NCBI GenBank assembly: GCA_963704755.1
Contig: OY969938.1
Coordinates: forward strand, 4,350,001 to 4,382,000
Source of the DNA: an uncultured Chloroflexia bacterium
GTDB lineage: Bacteria > Chloroflexota > Anaerolineae > Anaerolineales > Anaerolineaceae
Direction: 5' to 3'
DNA: 32,000 nucleotides
Shown here: positions 8,543 to 17,134 of the stretch, in pieces
How the letters are laid out: each line of letters begins with the position of its first letter
Position numbering within the stretch: the first letter of the stretch is position 1
The notes under the pieces: model-generated
What the model was told of the DNA's origin: nothing
The model's database searches: none
What the model saw: only the letters and a program-made list of their open reading frames with translations
Made by a program: the position numbers and the translations under genes

Positions 8543-9475
8543 ATGAGTGCAAATGTTGCTATTTTAGGGGAAGGTACCAAAGTCGCTCCCGAATCGCCCA
8601 CCCGTGAAGCGGTCCGGCGGTTGTTACATCACCGCTCGGCCCAGGTTGGAATGATTATTCTGGGGCTCATGTTGTTTTGCGCAATCTTCGCTAAATGGAT
8701 TGCCCCTTACAATCCGACCTTACCACTGAACAACGTCGTCCGGCGGGCGCCACCCTGCGTACACCTGTTTGGCTGTCCCGCAGACCAGCCCCAGCATATT
8801 TTCGGAATCGATGGTAACAGCCGCGACCTGTTCTCGCGGGTGATTTATGGCTCACGCCTTTCGCTTCAGATCGGGGTGGCGACCATCAGCTTCGCCATCG
8901 TGATCGGCGGCATCATCGGGGCCATCGCCGGTTTTGTGGGCGGCTGGATCGACGACGTGCTGATGCGCACCATGGACGTGTTGATGGCCTTTCCCAGCCT
9001 GCTGCTGGCCATTGCCATCGTCAGCGTGCTGGGCACGGGGTTGATCAACGCTCTGCTGGCCATTGGGATTGTTTCGATTCCAAGATACGCGCGCCTGGTG
9101 CGCTCCACGGTGATCTCGATCAAGGAGTTAGACTATGTCACCGCGGCGCGATCACTGGGCGCAACTCAAGGGCAACTGCTTTTCCGCCACATCCTGCCCA
9201 ATTCGCTGACGCCGTTGATCGTCCAGGCCACCCTGGGGATCGCGACGGCCATTCTGGATGCGGCAGCGCTGTCCTTCCTGGGCCTGGGCGCTGAACCACC
9301 CACACCTGAATGGGGCTTAATGTTGGGCGAGGAACGCAACAGCATTTTCAATGCGCCTCACCTGGTGATTTTCCCCGGTATCGCTATCATGCTGACCGTG
9401 CTGGCCTTCAACCTGCTGGGGGATGGTCTGCGGGATGCTTTGGATCCACGCTTGCGCGGAACGGCGGCCGGGTAA
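8543..9475 (+). CDS. ABC transporter permease (DppC/OppC-like)
   Basis: The ORF track ORF 8117..9475 is trimmed to the ATG at 8543 (MSANVAIL...), 15 nt after the previous stop. The upstream part overlaps permease 1 and is His/Arg/Gly-rich nonsense. The EAA loop DYVTAARSLGATQGQLLFRHILPN is typical of subunit 2. Confidence 0.85.
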   Translation: MSANVAILGEGTKVAPESPTREAVRRLLHHRSAQVGMIILGLMLFCAIFAKWIAPYNPTLPLNNVVRRAPPCVHLFGCPADQPQHIFGIDGNSRDLFSRVIYGSRLSLQIGVATISFAIVIGGIIGAIAGFVGGWIDDVLMRTMDVLMAFPSLLLAIAIVSVLGTGLINALLAIGIVSIPRYARLVRSTVISIKELDYVTAARSLGATQGQLLFRHILPNSLTPLIVQATLGIATAILDAAALSFLGLGAEPPTPEWGLMLGEERNSIFNAPHLVIFPGIAIMLTVLAFNLLGDGLRDALDPRLRGTAAG

Positions 9476-9487
9476 TATAATCAGCAC

Positions 9488-10243
9488 ATGACGCATCGAT
9501 TTTACCTGCCCACCTCTGCTGTTCAAGGTGAGCAGGTTTTATTTCCCCAGGATGTTTCCCGGCAGATCACCCGGGTGCTGCGCCTACGGCCCGGCGCGGA
9601 GGTGATCGTTTTCTGCGGCGATGGCAGCGAAATCAAAGTAACCCTGTCCGTGCTGGACGCGGCTCAAACGGTAGGCGCCGTGCTCGAAAAATCGAACAAC
9701 CTGGCCGAACCAAAAGCCCAGGTGACCCTGTTCATCGGGCTAACCCAGCGCGAAAAGTTCGAATGGGTGCTGCAAAAGTGTACCGAGGTGGGGGTGAGCT
9801 CTTTTGTACCGCTGATCAGCGAGCGCAGCCTGGTCCAGTCCGCGCGGGAATTCGAGAACAAACAGCAGCGTTGGGAAAGAATCCTGCTGGAGGCAGCCGA
9901 ACAATCCGGGCGGGGGATCGTGCCGGGGCTGACCGCACCGCTGTCCTTTGCCGATGGGCTCGACCGGCTCGGCGGGCTAGAATTGGGGCTGTTTGCCTGG
10001 GAAGAGGAAAGCCGGCACAACCTGGATGAAGCGTTGGCCGGGAACGTGACAGCTCGTCAGATCGGCCTGATGGTTGGCCCGGAAGGCGGGTTCAGCCCGC
10101 AGGAGGCCCGGCAGGCGCAAACCGGGGGTTGGCAGCCGGTCAGCCTGGGCAAGCGTATTTTGCGCATGGAAACTGCCGCGGTGGTGGCTTCGGCCCTGGT
10201 GATCGATTATTTCGATAGAATGACCGCTCACCCCAATCGGTAA
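9488..10243 (+). CDS. rsmE: 16S rRNA (uracil1498-N3)-methyltransferase RsmE
   Basis: The N-terminus MTHRFYLP, the KFEWVLQKCTEVGV block, and C-terminal GPEGGFSPQE...LGKRILRMETAA match the SPOUT RsmE pattern. Length 251 aa. Confidence 0.88.
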   Translation: MTHRFYLPTSAVQGEQVLFPQDVSRQITRVLRLRPGAEVIVFCGDGSEIKVTLSVLDAAQTVGAVLEKSNNLAEPKAQVTLFIGLTQREKFEWVLQKCTEVGVSSFVPLISERSLVQSAREFENKQQRWERILLEAAEQSGRGIVPGLTAPLSFADGLDRLGGLELGLFAWEEESRHNLDEALAGNVTARQIGLMVGPEGGFSPQEARQAQTGGWQPVSLGKRILRMETAAVVASALVIDYFDRMTAHPNR

Positions 10244-10247
10244 GGAG

Positions 10248-10302
10248 CCCGAAAACGAGGTGTTTGCTCAGGCTTCGCCCGAGCAAACACCTCGTTTTCG
10301 GG
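10248..10302. terminator. Perfect 22-bp hairpin between convergent rsmE and rsmF (bidirectional terminator-like; member of a palindromic repeat family)
   Basis: CCCGAAAACGAGGTGTTTGCTC-aggcttcgccc-GAGCAAACACCTCGTTTTCGGG. No flanking U tract. A related copy is at 119-173. Confidence 0.6.
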
Positions 10303-10334
10303 AATCCCTTAATCAGAGCTTGAGCAGATAAAAA

Positions 10335-11825
10335 TTAGAATAGTCGACGTGGAAGCAGGTTGCGCAGCCGTCCGGGTTGGACCCGCCCGCGTCCAAGAAT
10401 GCGGTCGGCAGTATCCCGCACGACGACCACGCCGGAAGGCGCCGGCCCGGCCGTAAAATCTCCGTCCAGGTCACTGCCGCTCAACCAGGCCGCCTCACTG
10501 CCTTCGGGCAGGGTGAGGCAACCGGCCTGGAATTGGGCGCCGAAACGGGAGACCCATTCGTGGGAGGGGGTCCATCCCTGGGGCGATTCCTCGGCCAGTT
10601 TGAGGCCGAGCAACTGGCAGGGCAAATCGCGGAAGCCGGCCAGGAAGCGCAGTGGCACGGCGTAAATCGCTCCGGGGCTATGCCACAAGTCCAGCTCCAG
10701 GTCCGCCAAGGTCGCTTCCAGGTCGAAACCGTAGCTATTGCGGAATAGATCGAGGATTTCGGCCGCCTCCTTGCGGTGAAGGGGCTGCTGGCCAACCTGG
10801 CTCAACGGTCGGGCCGGGGCCGGCTGGGATTGAGTTGGGATGGAACCGGTCTTGCGGATCAAGGCGGCGAAAAAGCCGGAAGTGCCATAGCGCTGAGGCC
10901 ACAAGCGGGCCGCGTTTTGCACCTGGGGATCAAAGTCCTGGCCAAAGGCGGCCGGCAGGGCCGGGGCCGGAACGGGCAGCTTGTCTCCGGGCGCAAGGAT
11001 TTCCACATCCTGCGGAAACCGCGCCAGGATTTCATTCAAAACAGCCTCGTCCTCTTCGGGGGCCAGGGTGCAGGTAGAATAGACAATTTGGCCGCCTGGC
11101 TTGAGCGCGGCTAACGCGGAGGCCAGTAAGGCAACTTGCCGGCGGGCCAGGGTGCTCTGCTCGCGGGACGAGATCGGACGCATGGGGTGGGCATCGGTCG
11201 AGCGCAGGGACTGCATGCTGCAGGGCGCATCCAGGAGGATGCGGTCGAAGGTTTCGGGAAACCAGCTCCCGAATTTCTCGCCGGGGAAACGCGTCACGGC
11301 CACATTGGCTGCACCCCAGGTTTGCAGCACGTAACGCAGGGCAGTAATCCGTTCGCCGGCCGAATCGTTGGCGATCACCAGGCCGCGGTCCAGGCTGCGG
11401 CTGATCAGGTGAGTGGTCTTGCCGCCCGGCGAAGCGGCCAGGTCGAGGATCAGCGGCTGGTCGGCCGGGTCCAGGTCGAACAGCTCGACCGGCAGCATCG
11501 AGGCCGCGTCCTGGATATAATAATGGCCCATGCGGTGTTCCAGCGTCTGGCTGACCGGCTCTGGGCTGGATTTGACCCACCAGCCAGTGGGGCAGTAAGG
11601 CACCCGCTCCAGCTCCCAGCCGTAGCGGGAAGCCCAACCGGCTTCATCACCCGGGACGGCTTTGAGCGGGTTGCTGCGCAGAGCCGGGTAGAGCGGTTTG
11701 TCCAGCTCATCCAGCAGCGTCTGGAAATCTCCGGGTGTGAGCAGGCTTTGGAATCGTTCCAACGAGGCTGCCTGAGCGTCCAGGGAGGGGGTAGGGGAAG
11801 TCGAGGTTTTCTTTTTACGGCTCAT
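10335..11825 (-). CDS. rsmF: 16S rRNA (cytosine1407-C5)-methyltransferase RsmF (YebU-like, NOL1/NOP2/Sun family)
   Basis: YYIQDAASMLP, LDLAASPGGKTTHL, LLDAPCS, YSTCTL, GFFAALIRK, plus the C-terminal LGLKLAE...RLRNLLPRRL domain, are colinear with E. coli RsmF as I remember it. The ORF is open to a TTG at 11840. The ATG at 11825 is preferred because it forms an ATGA overlap with the stop of the upstream Rmt-like reading frame. Confidence 0.82.
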   Translation of the reverse strand: MSRKKKTSTSPTPSLDAQAASLERFQSLLTPGDFQTLLDELDKPLYPALRSNPLKAVPGDEAGWASRYGWELERVPYCPTGWWVKSSPEPVSQTLEHRMGHYYIQDAASMLPVELFDLDPADQPLILDLAASPGGKTTHLISRSLDRGLVIANDSAGERITALRYVLQTWGAANVAVTRFPGEKFGSWFPETFDRILLDAPCSMQSLRSTDAHPMRPISSREQSTLARRQVALLASALAALKPGGQIVYSTCTLAPEEDEAVLNEILARFPQDVEILAPGDKLPVPAPALPAAFGQDFDPQVQNAARLWPQRYGTSGFFAALIRKTGSIPTQSQPAPARPLSQVGQQPLHRKEAAEILDLFRNSYGFDLEATLADLELDLWHSPGAIYAVPLRFLAGFRDLPCQLLGLKLAEESPQGWTPSHEWVSRFGAQFQAGCLTLPEGSEAAWLSGSDLDGDFTAGPAPSGVVVVRDTADRILGRGRVQPGRLRNLLPRRLF

Positions 11826-12663
11826 AATTTTTGGATACAAAAAACCAGCTCGTTGTGGAGCAGCAGCTCGTGAACGGGCCAGTCCAATCCTTCCAGGGTG
11901 GTGGTTACCAGCTTGCGCTGTTTTTCGGCCAGGTCGTGGCGCCCGGTCAGGCTGGAGGCTGGCAGCGAGACCAGCAGCCAGCGCACGTTGAGCGCCTGCC
12001 AGAAGGCCCGGTTGCAGCCCTTCTGGCGCTGCTCGAAGCGATGGGCTTCTTTAAAAATAAGGCCACGTCCGCCTCGAGCTCGGGGGGTTGGACCAGGATG
12101 TCCTGGTGACAGGCGCCGCCATTGGCGCCGCTGAGCTTGAGGAAGCGGTCGATCAAGGCCACCCGCGGGTGGTGCAGGTCGAAGGCGTGATAACTTGTAC
12201 CGGCCGGCAGGCCCATCCAGGGCAGGCCGAAGGGGTGCAGACCGCAGGCCAGGTCGAGGATCGAGGCCGGCCGGCAGGTTGCCTGCCAGAGTTGGGTGTA
12301 AAAATCGGCCAGTGAATTGATAGGCTCGCTGCGCTCGCGGGTAGAGGCGTGGCTGGCGAGCATTTCCTGGCAAAAGTCTCGGACCGCCTGAGCGTCGCCG
12401 GAAGCAAAGGCTGTTTCCATTACCTGGCCGGCCTGGGCGTAGTCCGGGTCGCCTAGGTAAGGTGCGACAATGTTGTGCAGCTTCTCGCGCACGGCCTGTT
12501 CGATTTGCTTGTGGCTGCGGCCGGGCAGGGCTTCCTGAGCGACCAGGTCACGCAGGGTGCTGTCGGGCAGGTCGAGGTTTTTGTATTTTCGCGCCGCACG
12601 GATCTCGTCCAGGTAGGATTGGAGGTCCGCAGGCTGGGTGGCTATGGAATTGGATTTTTTCAT
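11822..12663 (-). pseudogene. FmrO/Rmt/ArmA-family 16S rRNA (guanine1405-N7)-methyltransferase paralog 1, interrupted by a 1-nt frameshift
   Basis: ORF 11947..12663 carries ARKYKNL..., HASTRER and ILDLACGLHPFGLPW, as in RmtB/Sgm-type enzymes. Homology continues in ORF 11822..12373 (LIFKEAHRFEQ...VSLPASSLTG...ELVFCIQK). The switch is at the A5 run 12053-12057 (T5 on the coding strand), and one extra T restores ...DVALFFKEAHRFEQ... Confidence 0.8.
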
Positions 12664-12692
12664 CAGAGGCGATTATACCTGTTCAGGACGAA

Positions 12693-12905
12693 AAAAAACC
12701 ACGGAGGCACGGAGGACACGGAGAAGAATAATTTAATCACAGAGCAAACAGAGAAAAACATTACTAAGGGCAGGAATAGTTGCTTGGTGGAAGCGATCGG
12801 CCCGGTCTGGAGACCGGGCTGATCTGCATCTGGCTATCATTCTTCTTAAACAGTAGTTTCTCTTTTCCTCTTTTCTCCGTGTCCTCCGTGCCTCCGTGGT
12901 TTTTT
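12693..12905. repeat. MITE-like element with perfect 33-bp terminal inverted repeats
   Basis: 12693-12725 aaaaaaccacggaggcacggaggacacggagaa is the exact reverse complement of 12873-12905. Each arm contains three CTCCGTG-type heptads. There is an internal hairpin GCCCGGTC-tgga-GACCGGGC (12800-12819), and no ORF. Confidence 0.85.
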
Positions 12906-13058
12906 CACTCCTTTTATAAATTTATCTCTTCTCAGTAATCTCTGCGCCTCCACGGCGATATTTTTGTTTGCAAACGACTTTCTTACAAAATCTTAACAAT
13001 GCTTGTACACTTGTGAATTATTATAAGATATAACAAATTACCTCAAGGGAGGTGAGCT

Positions 13059-15647
13059 ATGAATTTGGATCGTTTCACACAAAAAGCACAAGAGGCCTTG
13101 ATGCAGTCTCAGCAGATTGCCGAGGATCTCAATCACCAATCGATTGAACAGGCACATATCCTGCTTGCGCTGGTTCAGCAGGAAGAGGGCGTCGTTCCGG
13201 CCATCGTGACCAAGATCTCCGGCAGCACGGCCGGCCTGGTCAGTGACCTGCGCCAGGAGCTCGAAAAACGCCCGAAAATTACCGGTTCGGGGACCGGCGA
13301 AGTGGGCCTTTCCCGCCCGGCCGCGGACGTATTGCAGGCTGCCGAGCGGTATGCCAAAGGCATGCGCGACGAGTACGTCTCGACCGAGCATATCCTGCTG
13401 GCGCTGACCGAAAGCAGCGAAGGCAAACGTCTGGCGCAATACGGTCTGACCAAAGACGCCATCCTGCGCGCGCTCAACGAAGTGCGCGGCAACCAGCGTG
13501 TGACCAGCCAGAACCCGGAAGATTCTTACCAGGCCCTGGAAAAATATGGCCGTGACCTGACCGCCGCGGCTCGCCAGGGCAAACTCGACCCGGTCATCGG
13601 CCGGGACGAGGAAATCCGCCGGGTGGTGCAAATCCTATCGCGGCGCAGCAAGAACAACCCGGCCCTGATCGGCGACCCAGGTGTGGGCAAAACCGCCATT
13701 GTGGAAGGCCTGGCCCAGCGCATCGTCAACGGCGACGTGCCCGAAAGCCTCAAGCACAAGCGCCTGATCAACCTGGACATGGGCTCCCTGGTGGCCGGGG
13801 CCAAATACCGCGGCGAGTTCGAAGAGCGCCTTAAAGCGGTGCTCAAAGAAGTTCAGTCGTCCCAGGGTGAAATCATTCTGTTCATCGATGAGATGCACAC
13901 TGTGGTCGGTGCAGGTGCGGCCGAAGGCTCGATGGATGCCGGCAATATGCTCAAACCCATGCTGGCGCGCGGCGAGCTGCACATGATCGGCGCGACGACC
14001 ATCGACGAATACCGCAAGTACATCGAAAAAGACGCGGCCCTGGAACGCCGTTTCCAGCCGGTCGTGGTCGGCGAACCCAGCATCGAAGATACCATCAGTA
14101 TTCTGCGCGGGCTCAAGCAGCGCTATGAGGTCCATCACGGTGTGCGTATCACCGATGCGGCGGTGATCGCGGCTGCCACGTTGTCCAATCGCTACATCAC
14201 CGACCGGCGTTTGCCGGACAAGGCCATCGACCTGATCGATGAGGCCGCTGCCCACCTGCGCACTGAAATCGACTCCAAGCCGCAAACGCTGGATGTAGTC
14301 GATCGCCAGATCATGCAACTGGAAATCGAACGCCAGGCGCTCAAAAAGGAAAAGGACAAGGCTTCGGCGGATCGGTTGCAGAAAATCGAGGTCGAGCTGG
14401 CCAACCTGCGGGAGCATTCTTCGGAACTGACCACCCGCTGGCAGACTGAAAAGGCAGCCATCGCCGATTTGCAAAAGATCAAAGAGCAGACTGAGCAGGC
14501 CCAGAACGAAATGGACGGCGCTGAGCGTCGCAATGATCTCGAAAAGGCTGCGCGCCTGCGCTATGGCACCCTTTACGAACTTCAAGAGAAGCGCGAAGCG
14601 GCCGAAAAACGGCTCCAGCAGCTCCAAAAAGATGGAGCGCTGCTGAAAGAGGAAGTGGACGCAGAAGAGATCGCCAGCATTGTCGCCAAGTGGACCCACA
14701 TCCCGGTAGAACGCTTGCTGGAAGGTGAAGTTCAGAAGCTGCTGCACATGGAAGAGCGCCTGCAAGACCGTGTAGTCGGCCAGGACGACGCTTTAAAGGT
14801 GGTGTCGAATGCCATCCGGCGCACGCGGGCCGGTCTGCAGGACCCCAACCGACCGATCGGTTCGTTCATCTTTCTCGGCCCGACCGGCGTGGGCAAGACC
14901 GAACTGGCCCGTGCCCTGGCGGAGTTCCTCTTCAACGATGAACGCGCCATGGTGCGCATCGACATGAGCGAATACCAGGAAAAACATACCGTCTCGCGCT
15001 TGATCGGCGCTCCTCCGGGTTACGTCGGGTACGACGAGGGCGGCCAGCTTACCGAAGCGGTCCGCCGCCACCCGTACACGGTGGTGCTGTTCGATGAGAT
15101 CGAAAAAGCCCATCCCGAAGTCTTCAACGTCTTGTTGCAGCTCCTGGATGATGGCCGCCTGACCGATGGACAGGGCCGCACGGTGGATTTTCGCAACTCG
15201 GTGGTCATCATGACCAGTAACCTGGGCAGCAGCCTGTGGATGGGCAATACGAAAGTGCCGCGTGAACAGGTTGTGCGCACTTTGCAGGAGCACTTCAAAC
15301 CGGAATTTCTCAACCGGATCGACGAGATCATCGTCTTTCATTCGCTCGAGAAGGAGCAGCTCGCCAGCATTGTGGCCATCCAGCTCAAACGAGTGGAGAA
15401 ACTGCTCGAAGAGCGCGGCTTTACCCTGGTCGTGGATGAGTCCGCCCGGGCTTACCTGGCCGAAGTGGGCTACGACCCCGATTTCGGCGCCCGCCCGCTC
15501 AAGCGCGCCATCCAGCGCGAGCTACAGGACCCGCTGGCGATGAAATTGCTGAACGGCGATTTTCATCCCGGCCAGACGATCCTCGTCTCGCGCGGCGCGG
15601 AAGGGCTGACGTTTGGTAGCGAGGAGCGGGTAGCTGTTAGCGATTAG
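13059..15647 (+). CDS. clpB: ATP-dependent chaperone ClpB
   Basis: 862 aa with a Clp N-domain, two AAA+ modules ([18 protein letters not shown]), a long coiled-coil M domain between them, and SD GGGAGGTGA upstream. Confidence 0.97.
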   Translation: MNLDRFTQKAQEALMQSQQIAEDLNHQSIEQAHILLALVQQEEGVVPAIVTKISGSTAGLVSDLRQELEKRPKITGSGTGEVGLSRPAADVLQAAERYAKGMRDEYVSTEHILLALTESSEGKRLAQYGLTKDAILRALNEVRGNQRVTSQNPEDSYQALEKYGRDLTAAARQGKLDPVIGRDEEIRRVVQILSRRSKNNPALIGDPGVGKTAIVEGLAQRIVNGDVPESLKHKRLINLDMGSLVAGAKYRGEFEERLKAVLKEVQSSQGEIILFIDEMHTVVGAGAAEGSMDAGNMLKPMLARGELHMIGATTIDEYRKYIEKDAALERRFQPVVVGEPSIEDTISILRGLKQRYEVHHGVRITDAAVIAAATLSNRYITDRRLPDKAIDLIDEAAAHLRTEIDSKPQTLDVVDRQIMQLEIERQALKKEKDKASADRLQKIEVELANLREHSSELTTRWQTEKAAIADLQKIKEQTEQAQNEMDGAERRNDLEKAARLRYGTLYELQEKREAAEKRLQQLQKDGALLKEEVDAEEIASIVAKWTHIPVERLLEGEVQKLLHMEERLQDRVVGQDDALKVVSNAIRRTRAGLQDPNRPIGSFIFLGPTGVGKTELARALAEFLFNDERAMVRIDMSEYQEKHTVSRLIGAPPGYVGYDEGGQLTEAVRRHPYTVVLFDEIEKAHPEVFNVLLQLLDDGRLTDGQGRTVDFRNSVVIMTSNLGSSLWMGNTKVPREQVVRTLQEHFKPEFLNRIDEIIVFHSLEKEQLASIVAIQLKRVEKLLEERGFTLVVDESARAYLAEVGYDPDFGARPLKRAIQRELQDPLAMKLLNGDFHPGQTILVSRGAEGLTFGSEERVAVSD

Positions 15648-15663
15648 CTTTTTGCGGATAGCC

Positions 15664-16338
15664 TGTAGGGTGGGTGGAGGGCGGATTGGGTAAATCAGCG
15701 GTAGGAAAGATTGTTTGTTGCCCCAATCGTCGCCCGAAACCCACCGGGAGTGAGTGACTGATTGCGGGTGGGTGTTGGGAAACATCTATTCTAACTAAAC
15801 CGGAAAAATTGATTTTTTCAAGCCGAAACACGGTAACCATACCCATTCTTCCCTACCACCCGACGGTACATAGTCTACCAATATTCCTGACTACGCAGTA
15901 CGGGCGACCCATCCCTTGCTAACCGAAGCCATGTCTGGCAACAACCCTTTGCCGACCGTTGCTCTGTCTGGCATCGACGGGTCGCCCCTACGCCGGATAA
16001 CGAAAAATGGGGTATTGCTACCCGGTGTATATTTAGCTTTGAAGAGAATATTGGTTCAATTGTATTGCCTGGAGCGCCAATTTACTTGGGTGGTGAAAGA
16101 AAATTTACTCTTTGTCGGTGCGCTAAAGCGGCACGCGACGGGTAATTCGATTTAGTTGGAACAAATGTGCAGGGCAGAATTTATAGATCTTGGGAAGGAA
16201 GAACCTTTTGTACACCCAATCATCGCCCGAAACCCACCGGTAGCGGTTAGCCCGGATGGTGGGTTACGGGCAAGGTTTTGTAGGTCTTGCGGCGTACAGG
16301 TCACGGGGGTTATGAATGAGCCCTGCACCCACCCTACA
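15664..16338. repeat. Repeat-rich non-coding gap containing several palindromic repeat families
   Basis: It starts with TGTAGGGTGGGTGGAGGGCGGATT (15664-) and ends with the inverse AATGAGCCCTGCACCCACCCTACA (16315-16338). A CCAATCRTCGCCCGAAACCCACCGG motif occurs twice (about 15737 and 16214). A ~105-bp palindromic element at about 15893-15996 has ends GTACGGGCGACCC / GGGTCGCCCCTAC. The segment 16207-16338 is an inverted copy of 18975-19090. Confidence 0.75.
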
Positions 16339-16383
16339 TTTCTGTGTCCTGCGTGGTTTTCTTCCTCTGCTCTTTGTCCATTT

Positions 16384-17031
16384 TTATTTCTGGACAAGCG
16401 GCAAGAAAATTTTATCCACGATCTCGGCGATGGTTTCATCCGACACCGGCTCACGGGTAGTCAGAACTTCATAGCTGATTAAAGCGACGGGCAGCGAAAG
16501 CACCCGTGGGATGATATTCGCGGTGTGAATTTCGCCGCGCGCTTCTGCCTTTTTTAGAATTTGCAGCATCGCTGCGGTCCATCTTCCAATTTCTTGGGTT
16601 GGCTTGGCGCGAGAAAAAGTGGGGACAAAATCCCGGCCAAGCTGTTCGACCATCAGGCCGTGGATCGTCTCGGGACCAATCATTTGCAAAGGGAGAAGGA
16701 CATTATGAAGAAAGGTCACCAGGTCGGTGCGTAAATTGCCGGTGTCCGGTACGTTGTCCAGGGGGAACGGAATTTTCTTTAGCAATGCGGCAACGACCAG
16801 CCTGGCCTTGCTCGGCCAGCGCCGGTAAACCGCTGCTTTATTTGTTTTGGCTCGGTCCGCCACGGCTTCCATGGTCAGGCGGGAATAACCGACCTCGCTC
16901 AATTCTTCCCAGGCGGCTTCAAGGATGGCCTTTTCGAGGACCTCACCGCGCCGGCGAGATGTTAAAGGGCGGCCCGGTTTACTCGCGTGCATTTCTGAAG
17001 TGGGAGAGCGACCCTCATTTTGCTCGTTCAA
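16384..17031 (-). CDS. TetR/AcrR family transcriptional regulator
   Basis: N-terminal HTH: ILEAAWEELSEVGYSRLTMEAVADRAKTNKAAVYRRWPSK. The ORF starts at a TTG (17031), with an alternative ATG at 16992. It is divergent from the MFS gene. Confidence 0.88.
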   Translation of the reverse strand: MNEQNEGRSPTSEMHASKPGRPLTSRRRGEVLEKAILEAAWEELSEVGYSRLTMEAVADRAKTNKAAVYRRWPSKARLVVAALLKKIPFPLDNVPDTGNLRTDLVTFLHNVLLPLQMIGPETIHGLMVEQLGRDFVPTFSRAKPTQEIGRWTAAMLQILKKAEARGEIHTANIIPRVLSLPVALISYEVLTTREPVSDETIAEIVDKIFLPLVQK

Positions 17032-17057
17032 TTTATTTTCCTCAGTGATTTTGCCTA

Positions 17058-17086
17058 TTGCATTTTCGCCAGATCTATTATATCAT
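17058..17086 (+). promoter_or_regulatory. Candidate promoter of the MFS efflux gene
   Basis: TTGCAT (17058-17063), then 17 nt, then TATCAT (17081-17086). Sequence pattern only. Confidence 0.4.
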
Positions 17087-17089
17087 ATG

Positions 17090-17119
17090 AATTAGATACG
17101 ATACGTACCGTATCTAATT
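17090..17119. promoter_or_regulatory. Candidate TetR operator (perfect 11-bp inverted repeat)
   Basis: AATTAGATACG-atacgtac-CGTATCTAATT lies immediately downstream of the candidate -10, in the tetR/MFS divergent intergenic region. Confidence 0.55.
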
Positions 17120-17134
17120 ATTTGGTTCGAGAGG

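Noticed and set aside
12906-13058. Heat-shock operator (CIRCE or HAIR) upstream of clpB.
   Set aside because: No TTAGCACTC-N9-GAGTGCTAA or CTTGAGT-N7-ACTCAAG-like inverted repeat is present. Only weak -10-like TATAAG/TATAAC hexamers occur, without a convincing -35.
13635-14765. 376-aa ORF on the minus strand inside clpB. Similar long antisense ORFs occur at 24813-26333 opposite proS, 19506-20342 opposite the Rmt-like gene, 11136-11873 opposite rsmF, 13038-13631, and 6259-6720.
   Set aside because: All lie antisense to genes with unmistakable homology. Their translations are low-complexity and Arg/Gly/Ala/His-rich, with no recognisable motifs. These are typical shadow ORFs of GC-rich coding DNA.
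15916-16155. 79-aa ORF in the clpB-tetR gap, and small ORFs in 18700-19280.
   Set aside because: They lie entirely within palindromic and dispersed repeat sequence. They have no ribosome-binding site and no recognisable protein features.
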